Positions 8,278-17,437 of a stretch of DNA of 62,301 nt are shown piece by piece; the first letter of the stretch is position 1; every line of letters starts with the position of its first letter. Source of the DNA: an uncultured Gammaproteobacteria bacterium (lineage in GTDB: Bacteria > Pseudomonadota > Gammaproteobacteria > Immundisolibacterales > Immundisolibacteraceae). The notes beneath the pieces are model-generated. The model was not told the origin of the DNA. It ran no database searches and worked only from the letters and a program-made list of their open reading frames with translations. Both the position numbers and the translations under genes were made by a program. The DNA lies in contig CAJXVN010000001.1 in the NCBI GenBank assembly GCA_913060775.1, forward strand, positions 1-62,301, read 5' to 3'.

Positions 8278-9444
8278 TCAAAGTTCGCCGTTAAAGGCGC
8301 GCTGCTGCAAGGCGGCGAACAGGGTGTCGAGTTCCGCCAGATGGGCGCGCTGGCTGACCTTCTGCTCCTCGACGGATTCGACGATGGCTGCAAAGTCGTG
8401 TTGGAGATCGAGGGAAGGCACCGGAATCGGAATTTTTTTGACATCTCCTAGATTAATGCCCTTCACTGCGATTCCCTTTGTTCGCCTAGCCATGTGTTGC
8501 TGCAAACCCTGCGTAGAGAGGCATTGCATTACATAAGTCGCATTAGCGGCGGCAAGGGCAAGTCTCGCGGTATCTTGAGTAATATTGGTACCGGAGGCTC
8601 CGGGCGGCACTATAGCCATCCGGCCGACGTGGCCCCTGATTGACATGATTAAGTCCCCATCGATAAGCTGAGAACGCTTGTATTGACTCGCTATTGCTGG
8701 AGTAGTTCGTCGAAGCTGTTCCGTTAAAACTTTCTCGTTTTTGATGTCAACGACGCGCACGTATGGAATACCATCTTTGGTATCTGGGCCGGGCTTAAGA
8801 ATTCCGTAGGTAATTGGCCGATCTTTCTGAATAAGTCCCTGTAGTGCTTTCACCTCCCACCCCATCGGATTGGTGACGGGGTCACCGAACATATCGAGGA
8901 AGGTGGATTGGAGCAGGGTATCTAGCTGGGCGAGGGCGTCGCGGCGCCTGGCCCGCAGCTTGTCCGCCGCATCCAGAATCCCCGCAATCCGCTTCTGCTC
9001 GGCGAGGGGCGGGAGGGGGAACTCAATTTGGCGGAATATTTCCTTGGGAATCGTTCGACGACGATTAGTCGTGCCCCTCATTTTGGCGGCATAAATTGTG
9101 CGAGCGGTTGGTGATCTGAGAACTCGCTCAAAGAACTGCCTATCCAGTTCGTGCTGCCCAGTGGCCTCCCAAATGTCATAGGCAGGGCTGACGGCAGCAG
9201 CTTCATAACGCTGCTGGAATCCGAGAACGCCTTCATCAATGGGGAAGCCGACTACGAGATTCCCGCTGCGCACGACTTTGTATGTTGAGATATCACTGCT
9301 CGCGATGCGCTTCTTGAACTTCTCATGCTGATCGACTAACCCATCACGCATTGTGATAGACATGACGGGAAGATCACGTCGTTCGACAAGTTCTCTTGGG
9401 GCGAGTCTCAATATCTCACCGAATGGCACCATGGGCCAGCTCAT
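8278..9444 (-). CDS. hsdS: Type I R-M specificity subunit
   Basis: 388 aa with two variable target-recognition halves. They are separated and followed by conserved helices (LPPLAEQKRIAGILD...; ...LFAALQQRAFNGEL). It overlaps hsdM by 4 nt. Confidence 0.85.
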   Translation of the reverse strand: MSWPMVPFGEILRLAPRELVERRDLPVMSITMRDGLVDQHEKFKKRIASSDISTYKVVRSGNLVVGFPIDEGVLGFQQRYEAAAVSPAYDIWEATGQHELDRQFFERVLRSPTARTIYAAKMRGTTNRRRTIPKEIFRQIEFPLPPLAEQKRIAGILDAADKLRARRRDALAQLDTLLQSTFLDMFGDPVTNPMGWEVKALQGLIQKDRPITYGILKPGPDTKDGIPYVRVVDIKNEKVLTEQLRRTTPAIASQYKRSQLIDGDLIMSIRGHVGRMAIVPPGASGTNITQDTARLALAAANATYVMQCLSTQGLQQHMARRTKGIAVKGINLGDVKKIPIPVPSLDLQHDFAAIVESVEEQKVSQRAHLAELDTLFAALQQRAFNGEL

Positions 9445-11009
9445 CCCAACAATCCCGCCAACTCCTCACGCCCCTTTGCAATTTCCAACTCCAACCCCGC
9501 CAACCGTTCCAATATCACCTTTGGCGGATCGTACTCCACCGCTTCGTAGACCACTTCTTTATAGCGGTTGATGGAGAGGTCGTAATCGTTCTCGCGAATC
9601 TCGTCACTGGACACGCAGAAGGACTGCTCGGTGCGCTCTCTACCCAGTTCCGTGTTTTGAGTATCGTCTTCCCGATTCAATCGATGCCAGCGGCTGAGAA
9701 TATCCGGGAGATCATTGTTATCCGGTTGCGGTGCGCGTTTGTCGTCCAGGGAAAAGCCATCGGCCTGCATGTCGTAAAACCAGACATGGTCGGTGCCGCC
9801 GGAGTTGGTTTTGGTGAACAACAGAATGGCGGTGGAGACCCCGGCATAGGGCCTGAAAACGCCAGAGGGCATGGAGATGATGGCGTCGAGCTTCTGCTCG
9901 TCGATGAGCATTTTACGCAGGGCTTTGTGCGCTTTGCTGGAGCCGAACAGCACGCCGTCGGGCACGATGACAGCGGCGCGGCCGCCGGATTGGAGCAGAC
10001 GCAAAAACAGTGCGAGAAACAGCAGTTCGGTCTTTTTGGTTTTAACCACCTGTAGCAGGTCTTTGGCGGTGGATTCGTAATCGAGGCTGCCGGCAAAGGG
10101 CGGGTTGGCAAGGATAAGGGAGTATTTCTCAGCGTCGTTAGCGGTCGCCATGTCGGTGAGGGCGTCAGCGGGCTGGACACCTACTCCCTCGGCCAGTGAA
10201 TCCTTGTAGCGGATGTCCGGGTTCTCGACCCCGTGCAGCAACATGTTCATGCTGCCGATGCGCAACATGGTGTTGTCAAAGTCGTAGCCGTGGAAGGTGT
10301 GGTCGTTGAAGCGGCGGCGGGCGGTGGCGTCTTTATAAATAGCGTCGCTATGGTGGTCGTGCAGGTATTCGGAGGCGGCGATAAGAAACCCGGCGGTGCC
10401 GCAGGCGGGGTCGCAGATGACGTCCTGCGGTGTGGGCGCGGTCATGTCGACCATTAATTTGATGATGTGGCGCGGGGTACGGAACTGGCCGTTCTGCCCG
10501 GCGCTGGCAATTTTGCCGAGCATGTATTCGTAAAGATCACCCTTGGTGTCGCGGTCGGCCATGTCGATGCTGTCGAGCTGGTCGACGACGTTGGCCAGTA
10601 CCCGGGCGGTGGGCATCATGAACAGGGCATCTTTCATGTGGTGGGTATAGGTGGATTCTTCGCCGCCGCCGTCGTCGTCGCCGCCGCCGTCGTCGCCGTC
10701 GCCGTTGTTGCCAAGCGATTTAATAAAGGGGAACACCTGATCGCGCATGGTCTCAAACATCTGCTCCGGCGCCAGCTCTTTAAACCGTGACCAGCGCAGG
10801 TGGTCCTGATCAGCAGTGAACACCGGCTCTTCAATGGCCAGGCCAGTGCGGTTGGCTTTGGCCTCTTTCAGGGTATGTAGCTCGTCGAGCCGTTTGATAA
10901 ACAGCAGGTAGGTGAGCTGCTCGATAACGGAAAGGGGGTTAGAGATACCGCCAGACCACATGGTGTCCCAGATACGGTCGACTTTGGATTTGATTTCGCC
11001 GGTGATCAT
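9441..11009 (-). CDS. hsdM: Type I R-M N6-adenine DNA methyltransferase subunit
   Basis: AdoMet motif DPACGTAGFL, catalytic NPPF (LILANPPFAGS) and an HsdM_N-like N-terminus. Confidence 0.9.
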   Translation of the reverse strand: MITGEIKSKVDRIWDTMWSGGISNPLSVIEQLTYLLFIKRLDELHTLKEAKANRTGLAIEEPVFTADQDHLRWSRFKELAPEQMFETMRDQVFPFIKSLGNNGDGDDGGGDDDGGGEESTYTHHMKDALFMMPTARVLANVVDQLDSIDMADRDTKGDLYEYMLGKIASAGQNGQFRTPRHIIKLMVDMTAPTPQDVICDPACGTAGFLIAASEYLHDHHSDAIYKDATARRRFNDHTFHGYDFDNTMLRIGSMNMLLHGVENPDIRYKDSLAEGVGVQPADALTDMATANDAEKYSLILANPPFAGSLDYESTAKDLLQVVKTKKTELLFLALFLRLLQSGGRAAVIVPDGVLFGSSKAHKALRKMLIDEQKLDAIISMPSGVFRPYAGVSTAILLFTKTNSGGTDHVWFYDMQADGFSLDDKRAPQPDNNDLPDILSRWHRLNREDDTQNTELGRERTEQSFCVSSDEIRENDYDLSINRYKEVVYEAVEYDPPKVILERLAGLELEIAKGREELAGLLG

Positions 11010-11105
11010 GTTTGCTCGAATGTTATTGTTGATAAAAAATCAGGATCGCAGTGTAGCCGCTGGCCCGACGGGTGCAGCAACTTAAATGAGAAGGAAAGGT
11101 TAACC

Positions 11106-11828
11106 ATGGCTGTTTATGGCGTGGATGGTTGTCGGACAGGCTGGTTTTTTGTAAGAGCTGATGGCAATCATTTAGATTTCGGCGTGGTTAGTCAGCTTAA
11201 AGAGCTGGTTAATGAGGCCCCCGATGATTCAACGGTATTGATCGATATCCCGATTGGCCTGCACGACCAGTCCGGCGGACCCCGCCTGTGTGATCGCGAT
11301 GCCAGGAAACTGCTGGGGCATCCACGTGGATCGAGTGTGTTCCCGGCACCAATACGAGCGATCTTGAACGAACCTACCCATGCATCCGCCACGGCCAAAA
11401 GTCGCGAGCTGACAGGCCGAGGCATCAGCCAGCAGTCATTTGCAATCATACCGAAAATAAAAGAAATTGATGACCTGCTCGCGAGTAACCTGCGAGCAAG
11501 GCAAATGCTCCGGGAAGTTCATCCAGAACTCTGCTTCTGGGGGTTTAATCACCGCCAACCGATGCGTAACCGCAAAAAGGTGCGGGCTGGGCATGAAGAG
11601 CGGCTAGAAGTACTTAGCCGTGTATTGCCAGGCGCAGACGAACTGTATGCCAATGCATTGCAGCGGTTTTTGCGTAAGCAAGTTGCGCGGGACGACATCC
11701 TCGATGCGCTGGTCGCCGTTGCCACTGTGGTCCAGCCTGGCAGTCGCCTGCAAACCCTGCCCGAACGACCCGAGATAGATTCCTGCGGACTGGCAATGGA
11801 GATGGTTTACGTGGCATTGGCGAACTAA
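11106..11828 (+). CDS. DUF429-family protein (predicted RNase H-fold)
   Basis: The N-terminus (VYGVDGCRTGWF...VLIDIPIGL...R.CD..AR..L....SSVF..P) matches my memory of DUF429. Confidence 0.6.
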   Translation: MAVYGVDGCRTGWFFVRADGNHLDFGVVSQLKELVNEAPDDSTVLIDIPIGLHDQSGGPRLCDRDARKLLGHPRGSSVFPAPIRAILNEPTHASATAKSRELTGRGISQQSFAIIPKIKEIDDLLASNLRARQMLREVHPELCFWGFNHRQPMRNRKKVRAGHEERLEVLSRVLPGADELYANALQRFLRKQVARDDILDALVAVATVVQPGSRLQTLPERPEIDSCGLAMEMVYVALAN

Positions 11829-11988
11829 CCGCCCTGGCGGTGAAGAACCAGGCCGCTCTGCTAATGAATCCGGCCCAAAATAATGATCTATCCCAGAAAT
11901 CCCGCCGGCAAAATCATTAATAATAGGCCCCTGCCGCGATCGCCCCTGCCTGGCGACTCAATTCTTTACCCGAACAGGAACTGAATCA

Positions 11989-13200
11989 ATGAATTCTGAA
12001 CCCTCCGCCCGCTCACTGGAGCTAAAAAGCCGCCTGCAGGATTTTATGGATGAGCATATCTACCCGGCGGAGACGGCGTTTAACGAGCACATGGCCACCA
12101 CGGATAACATCTGGGCGCCGCCACCGCTGCTGACGGAGCTGAAGGCTAAAGCTAAAGCAGCGGGGCTGTGGAATCTGTTTTTGCCCGCGGACCATTACGA
12201 GGAGGGACTCAGTAATGTGGACTATGCACCGCTGGCGGAGGTGATGGGCCGGGTACTCTGGGCACCGCAGGTGTTTAACTGCAATGCCCCGGATACCGGC
12301 AACATGGAGGTGCTGATCAAATACGGTACCGAGGCGCAGAAAAAGCAGTGGCTCGAGCCGCTGCTAGCCGGGGAAATTCGCTCAGCCTTTGCGATGACGG
12401 AACCGGACGTGGCCAGCTCTGACGCCACCAACGTGGAGTGTTCGATTGTCCGCGACGCGGATGAGTACGTGATAAATGGCCGCAAGTGGTTTATCAGCGG
12501 CATTAAGCACGAGATCTGCGAAATCATGATTTTGATGGGTAAAACCGACCCGGACAACGCCAACCGCCACCAGCAGCAGTCGCAAATTCTGGTGCCTAAA
12601 GACACCCCCGGCGTCACGGTGGTACGGCCCCTGACCACGCTTGGTTACCACGGTGCCCCACTGGGAGAAGGAGAGATTCTGTTTGAAGACGTGCGCGTAC
12701 CGGCGGAGAACCTGATTCTCGGTGAAGGTCGAGGGTTTGAGATTGCCCAGGGCCGGTTAGGACCGGGCCGAATCCATCATTGCATGCGTCTGATTGGCTG
12801 CGCCCAGCGGGCGCTGGAGCTGATGAGCAAACGGGCCGACCAGCGCACCACCTTCGGCCAGAAGCTGAGTAAGAACCAGTCGGTGCGCGAAGACCTGGCC
12901 CAGTCTTATTGTGACGTGGAGCAGGCGCGGTTATTGACCTTGATGGCCGCCGAGAAGATCGACCGCGAAGGCGCGAAAGAGGCGCGGGACCTGATTGCGG
13001 CGATTAAGATTGTCACCCCATCGATGGCGGCACGGGTGATTGACCGGGCGATTCAGATCCACGGGGCCGGTGGTCTGACGGAGGATTATTTTCTTGCCGA
13101 AGCCTACAATTACGCCCGCCAGATTCGCTTTGCTGACGGTCCGGATCAGGTACACATGATGTCTCTGGGTCGCTCGCTGGTTAAGCAGTACGCCGAATAA
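11989..13200 (+). CDS. Acyl-CoA dehydrogenase, ACAD10/11 (FadE2-like) type
   Basis: 403 aa with ACAD N, middle and C domains. The N-terminus (LQDFMDEHIYPAE..F) is typical of the ACAD10/11 clade. Confidence 0.8.
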   Translation: MNSEPSARSLELKSRLQDFMDEHIYPAETAFNEHMATTDNIWAPPPLLTELKAKAKAAGLWNLFLPADHYEEGLSNVDYAPLAEVMGRVLWAPQVFNCNAPDTGNMEVLIKYGTEAQKKQWLEPLLAGEIRSAFAMTEPDVASSDATNVECSIVRDADEYVINGRKWFISGIKHEICEIMILMGKTDPDNANRHQQQSQILVPKDTPGVTVVRPLTTLGYHGAPLGEGEILFEDVRVPAENLILGEGRGFEIAQGRLGPGRIHHCMRLIGCAQRALELMSKRADQRTTFGQKLSKNQSVREDLAQSYCDVEQARLLTLMAAEKIDREGAKEARDLIAAIKIVTPSMAARVIDRAIQIHGAGGLTEDYFLAEAYNYARQIRFADGPDQVHMMSLGRSLVKQYAE

Positions 13201-13224
13201 TTTCGAATAACGATCAAAACCACC

Positions 13225-14274
13225 ATGACTGAATCTTCCAACGACCTCCCCATCGACACGCTTGGCCCCTACCTGGCCGAGCGCATTGATGATTTTGGCA
13301 CCCTGCTGAGCGCGGAGAAATTTTCCGACGGCCAGTCCAACCCCACTTTTCGACTGGTCACCGACCGCAATCAATTTGTGCTGCGGCGCAAACCGGCAGG
13401 TCCGGTGCTGCCATCGGCCCACGCGGTGGATCGCGAATACCGAGTGATGTCGGCCCTGGCAGACACGGCGGTGCCGGTGCCCAGAATGCGCCTGCTCTGC
13501 GAGGACGAATCGGTCATCGGCACGATCTTTTTTGTGATGGATTTTGTCGACGGCGAGATTCATTTCGATGCCCAGCTCAAAGCCATTAATGATCCGGCGC
13601 GGCGCGGCGCCATCTACGACCAGATGAACCAGGTGCTGGCGGACCTGCACAGCGTGGACCTGGCGGCGGTGGGCCTGATTGATTACGGCCGTCCCGGCAA
13701 CTATTTTGAGCGCCAGCTGAGCCGCTGGTCCAAACAGTATCGCGCCTCAGAAACCGAAGAGATTGCCGCCATGGAACAGCTGATGGCATGGCTACCCGAT
13801 AACATGCCGCTGGATGATGGCCGGATAAGCCTGATCCACGGCGATTATCGGCTCGATAACATGATATTTGCCACTGGCGGATCAGAGGTGATCGCACTAC
13901 TGGACTGGGAGCTCTCCACCCTGGGCCATCCGTTCTCTGACCTTGCCTACCAGTGCATGCAACTGCGCGGACCCAACGATCCGGCGCTGGGTAACCTGAG
14001 TGGACTCGGCGGCCTGGACCGCGCCGCACTGGGCATTCCCAGCGAAGAGGAGTACGTGGCCCGCTACTGCGAACGCATGGGTATTAGCGACATCGCCGAC
14101 TGGCCGTTTTACCTGGCGTTCGGCTTTTTCCGCTTTGCGGCCATTTTGCAGGGCATTATGAAACGCTATCAGGAAGGCAGCGCCTCCAGCACCCAGGCGC
14201 TGACCTACGGAAAAATGGCGCGGCCGATGGCCGAGCTGGCGATTGACTACCTCAACAGCGAGCAACGCCTGTAA
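13225..14274 (+). CDS. Phosphotransferase (APH/ChoK-like kinase) family protein
   Basis: Brenner motif LIHGDYRLDNMIF followed by DWE. It sits next to the ACAD, as in fused eukaryotic ACAD10/11. Confidence 0.8.
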   Translation: MTESSNDLPIDTLGPYLAERIDDFGTLLSAEKFSDGQSNPTFRLVTDRNQFVLRRKPAGPVLPSAHAVDREYRVMSALADTAVPVPRMRLLCEDESVIGTIFFVMDFVDGEIHFDAQLKAINDPARRGAIYDQMNQVLADLHSVDLAAVGLIDYGRPGNYFERQLSRWSKQYRASETEEIAAMEQLMAWLPDNMPLDDGRISLIHGDYRLDNMIFATGGSEVIALLDWELSTLGHPFSDLAYQCMQLRGPNDPALGNLSGLGGLDRAALGIPSEEEYVARYCERMGISDIADWPFYLAFGFFRFAAILQGIMKRYQEGSASSTQALTYGKMARPMAELAIDYLNSEQRL

Positions 14275-14323
14275 CACCGGCCCCGAATAGCCAGACCACC
14301 TTCACAGCGGAAACCTCAACATA

Positions 14324-15520
14324 ATGGACGCGGACCAACAGCCACCCCTTGCGGGCCTGAAAGTAATCGACTGCTCGCGGGTGCTCGCCGGGCCCTACTG
14401 CGCCACCCTGCTGGGCCTGATGGGGGCAGAGGTAATCAAAGTTGAGGCTCCCAGCGGTGACGAAGGCCGGGTGTGGCCGCCACACCAGGGTGAAATGGGC
14501 AGCAGCTTTCTGGCGCTAAACCTGAACAAGCGTGGTCTGGTGTTAAACCTGAAAAAACCCGAAGCGGTTGAGGTGTTTAAAGACCTGGTGCGCGACGCTG
14601 ACGTGCTGGTCGAAAACTTTAAGACTGGCGAGATGGAGGCCTTTGGCCTCGACTGGCCTACCCTGCAGGCACTGAATCCCAAACTCGTCTACACCAGCAT
14701 CTCCGCCTTTGGTCGCGTCGGTCCTAAAGCCAAGGACCCTGGCTACGAAGCGCTGGTGCAGGCCTACTCCGGCGCCATGGCCATTACCGGTTCCGCCGGC
14801 GGCGAACCGGTGCGCAGCGGCGTCTCCTTCCTCGATATGGGCACTGGACTGATGTCGGCCATGGGTACATTGGCCGCACTGCTGCGCCGGGGCACCACCG
14901 GCAAGGGTGGCAAGGTCGAGGCATCGCTACTTGGCAGTTCCATGGGGTTGATGGCCAATGGTGTGGCTAATTACCTGCTCCACAACTCACAACCGGCGCG
15001 CATGGGCACCGCCCACCCGCAACTGGTCCCCTACCAGGCATTCCCGACTCGCGACGGTTTCCTGTTCGTCGCCGGCGGCAACCAGGGCCTGTGGGAAAGA
15101 CTCTGCCGAACCCTCGATGCCGAAGCATTACTCAGCGACGAGCGGTTCAGCAGCAATCAGCAACGGGTGAATAACCGGGAAGCCTGCGTGGAAGCAGTCA
15201 CCAACCTGTTTGCCAACTGCGACACCGAGCCACTGCGCGTGAAACTCCGCGAGGCCCGAGTCCCCTGCACACCGGTCAACGACTATGCGGCAGTAATGGC
15301 CGATGGCCAGGTCGATGCCCTCGGCGTCATCGTCAGCGGCGAAGACCCGGACTATGGCGAGTTTAAAGTGCCCGGCCTGCCGTTTTCGATCAGCGACTAC
15401 CAGCCCGCCCCGCCGAAAACTGCGCCGCGGGTGGGCGAACACACGCGAGAAGTGTTGCTGGAGATCGGTTATTCCGAAGAGAAAATTGACCGGTTAAATG
15501 AGGTGGGGGCGCTGGGGTAG
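14324..15520 (+). CDS. Family III CoA-transferase (CaiB/BaiF)
   Basis: N-terminus PLAGLKVIDCSRVLAGPYCATLLGLMGAEVIKVE. Confidence 0.85.
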   Translation: MDADQQPPLAGLKVIDCSRVLAGPYCATLLGLMGAEVIKVEAPSGDEGRVWPPHQGEMGSSFLALNLNKRGLVLNLKKPEAVEVFKDLVRDADVLVENFKTGEMEAFGLDWPTLQALNPKLVYTSISAFGRVGPKAKDPGYEALVQAYSGAMAITGSAGGEPVRSGVSFLDMGTGLMSAMGTLAALLRRGTTGKGGKVEASLLGSSMGLMANGVANYLLHNSQPARMGTAHPQLVPYQAFPTRDGFLFVAGGNQGLWERLCRTLDAEALLSDERFSSNQQRVNNREACVEAVTNLFANCDTEPLRVKLREARVPCTPVNDYAAVMADGQVDALGVIVSGEDPDYGEFKVPGLPFSISDYQPAPPKTAPRVGEHTREVLLEIGYSEEKIDRLNEVGALG

Positions 15521-15535
15521 TAGGTGGGGTGTGCC

Positions 15536-15768
15536 GAGCAGGTCGCGCCTTTGTAGGAGCGACTTTAGTCGCGACCTGGGCTAGCCGGACACGCCTAACT
15601 ATCCTGGCTGCTATCCAACCAAAACCGACCAACTAATTAAACCAACGGTGTTCGGTTAAGAAGAAATTAAGCAGGAATAGCGGTGGCTAACGACACCGAC
15701 TAATCGCGACTGAAGTCGCTCCTACAGGTAAACCGGCGCTTTTGTAGGAGCGACTTTAGTCGCGACCC
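15536..15768. repeat. REP element cluster, left of the RAYT gene
   Basis: Three copies of the palindromic core GTAGGAGCGACTTTAGTCGCGAC in alternating orientation (about 15550-15576, 15703-15727 and 15741-15768). Confidence 0.85.
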
Positions 15769-15785
15769 ATATTCGCAGAACACAC

Positions 15786-16274
15786 CTAACTATCCAGGCT
15801 GCTATCCAGCCAAACCGCATCCCAAAGCGGGTAGTCTCCCAAACTTTCCACGAGTCCGGCCCGCAGGGGATTAGCGACCAGATAGCGGGCGGCGGCTCTC
15901 AGGTCTTCATCATCACGGATACCGTGATCGTAATAACCGGGTTGCCAAACGGATGAAACGCCCAGCCGCTGTAGGGCGCGGGCGCTGCTGCCTTTCAATC
16001 GGCGGACGACTTCGGCCAGGTCGAGCGTTTCACCCAGGGTAAATAGCCAGTGAAGATGGTCCGGCATCACTACGAAAGCCAGGGAATCGACCGCCCCCGT
16101 TTTATGGAGTCCGCGCAGGTTTGAGATCAACACTCTGGCGAGGATAAAGTCTGTGAAGAGAGGTCGACGATCTTTAGTGACCGTGGTGATTACGTAGGCA
16201 CGACCGGGGATGGAGACTCGGCCTTTGCGGAGGGCGGACTGGCCGGGAGGTTTGGGAAAGCGCTGCTGGCTCAT
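15786..16274 (-). CDS. REP-associated tyrosine transposase (RAYT, IS200/IS605 TnpA-like)
   Basis: HUH motif (MPDHLHWLF), a catalytic Tyr region (QPGYYDHGI), and REPs flanking both sides. Confidence 0.85.
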   Translation of the reverse strand: MSQQRFPKPPGQSALRKGRVSIPGRAYVITTVTKDRRPLFTDFILARVLISNLRGLHKTGAVDSLAFVVMPDHLHWLFTLGETLDLAEVVRRLKGSSARALQRLGVSSVWQPGYYDHGIRDDEDLRAAARYLVANPLRAGLVESLGDYPLWDAVWLDSSLDS

Positions 16275-16305
16275 CTCTCCTCCTGTTTTATTTAATCACC
16301 GTGAG

Positions 16306-16645
16306 AAGGTCGCGACTGAAGTCGCTCCTACAAAAGCCTCGAAGCCCTGCCGTAGGAGCGACTTTAGTCGCTACCTTCTTAACGGCACCCCCGATATTTT
16401 ATGGACAAACCTACTCGCCCAAAGAGATCAACTAATCACGGACATTATCGTTGGGACTGATCGCGACTGAAGTCGCTCCTACAAAAAACCTCGAGGTCCT
16501 ACCCGTAGGAGCGACTTTAGTCGCGACCTTCGTAACGGCACCCCCGATATTTTTTGGACAACCCTACTCGCCCAAATAGATCAACTATCCAACGACATTC
16601 TCATAGGGACTGATCGCGACTGAAGTCGCTCCTACAAAAACCCGC
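16306..16645. repeat. REP element cluster, right of the RAYT gene, including a ~153-bp tandem unit
   Basis: REP cores at about 16309-16335, 16350-16375, 16459-16488, 16503-16528 and 16611-16640. Unit 16376-16528 is repeated, truncated, at 16529-~16645. Confidence 0.85.
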
Positions 16646-16651
16646 GTCCCT

Positions 16652-17422
16652 TTAACGAAACCGTGCGACCTGGGCCTGGGCGGCGTTGCGCAACATAATG
16701 GAATCGGCGCCGATCAGCATAAAGCTGGCGCCTAACTCCCGGTATCGAGCCGCCTGGGCGGGATCACCACAAAACACGCCGGCGGCTTTGCCGCTGGCGG
16801 CTATTTTTGTGAGGGCCTGTTCAACGGCCTCGACGACCACCGGATGACCCGGTTGACCCAGATAACCCAGCGCAGCGGCCAGATCCGCGGGGCCGACGAA
16901 TACGCCATCAACGCCGTCAACGGCTGCGATATCGTCCAGTGCCTCAAGCCCGGCAACACTCTCGATCTGTAACACCAGGCAGAGTTCCTGCTCGGCGTTA
17001 GCCACGTAATCATCCACCGCGTACCAGCGAGCGGCTCGGGCCATGCCCGCACCGACACCACGGATACCGTTAACGGGGTAGCGAATAGCCTCCACTAGCG
17101 CTTGGGCCTGCTGGCCACTCTCTACCATTGGCACCAGCAGTGACTGAACGCCAATGTCGAGTAGTCGTTTGATCATGCTCTCACTATGATCGGCTGGGCG
17201 CACCACTGGACTGACATCGTAGGCGGCCAGGGCCTGCAGTTGACCGAGTACGGAACGCAGATCATTAGGACCGTGTTCGGCGTCGATCAACAACCAGTCA
17301 AAATCAGTGCTGGCCATTACTTCGGCGCAGTAGGGATCGGCCAGCGCTACAAAAGCACCTAGCTGATCACTGCGCTCAGCGAGTGCCTGTTTGAAATGAT
17401 TCTTTGGGTGAGGGAGTGCCAT
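16652..17422 (-). CDS. HpcH/HpaI-family aldolase (2,4-dihydroxyhept-2-ene-1,7-dioate aldolase-like)
   Basis: 256 aa with a family-typical N-terminus (FKQALA....LGAFVAL..P...EV.A...FDWLLIDAEHGPND). Confidence 0.8.
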   Translation of the reverse strand: MALPHPKNHFKQALAERSDQLGAFVALADPYCAEVMASTDFDWLLIDAEHGPNDLRSVLGQLQALAAYDVSPVVRPADHSESMIKRLLDIGVQSLLVPMVESGQQAQALVEAIRYPVNGIRGVGAGMARAARWYAVDDYVANAEQELCLVLQIESVAGLEALDDIAAVDGVDGVFVGPADLAAALGYLGQPGHPVVVEAVEQALTKIAASGKAAGVFCGDPAQAARYRELGASFMLIGADSIMLRNAAQAQVARFR

Positions 17423-17437
17423 GCAAATTAGCCCAGA

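Noticed and set aside
8171-8536. ORFs 8171..8536(+), 8178..8444(-) and 8254..8451(+) at the hsdS 3' end and spacer.
   Set aside because: They overlap the hsdS C-terminal conserved helix region or the tandem repeat, and they have no RBS or recognisable domain. They are most likely non-coding.
10661-10708. The triplet repeat in hsdM as a phase-variation (on/off) switch.
   Set aside because: The tract is built of in-frame trinucleotides, so slippage cannot frameshift the gene. At most it changes loop length. It is kept only as a low-interest finding.
11829-11988. Search for a third ssrA 3'-end repeat (a right-hand att site) at the presumed island boundary. Only an 8-nt match (tcccgccg) was found.
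   Set aside because: It is too short to be distinguishable from chance. The right boundary of the accessory region therefore remains undefined.
12931-13650. Long antisense or out-of-frame ORFs inside well-supported genes. Examples are 12931..13650(-), 6011..6580(+), 9396..10055(+), 18260..19066(+), 28452..28973(-), 31076..31678(+), 32492..33244(+), 47276..47839(-) and 56257..56772(-).
   Set aside because: They lie entirely within genes that have clear family motifs on the other strand or frame. Their translations are low-complexity (Arg/Pro/Ala/Gly-rich), typical of shadow ORFs in GC-rich coding DNA, and they lack RBS context.
15536-16645. Regularly recurring ~25-nt repeats separated by unique spacers, which at first glance resemble a CRISPR array.
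   Set aside because: The repeats are palindromic, occur in alternating orientation with irregular spacing, and surround a RAYT transposase gene. There are no cas genes. They are REP/REPIN elements.
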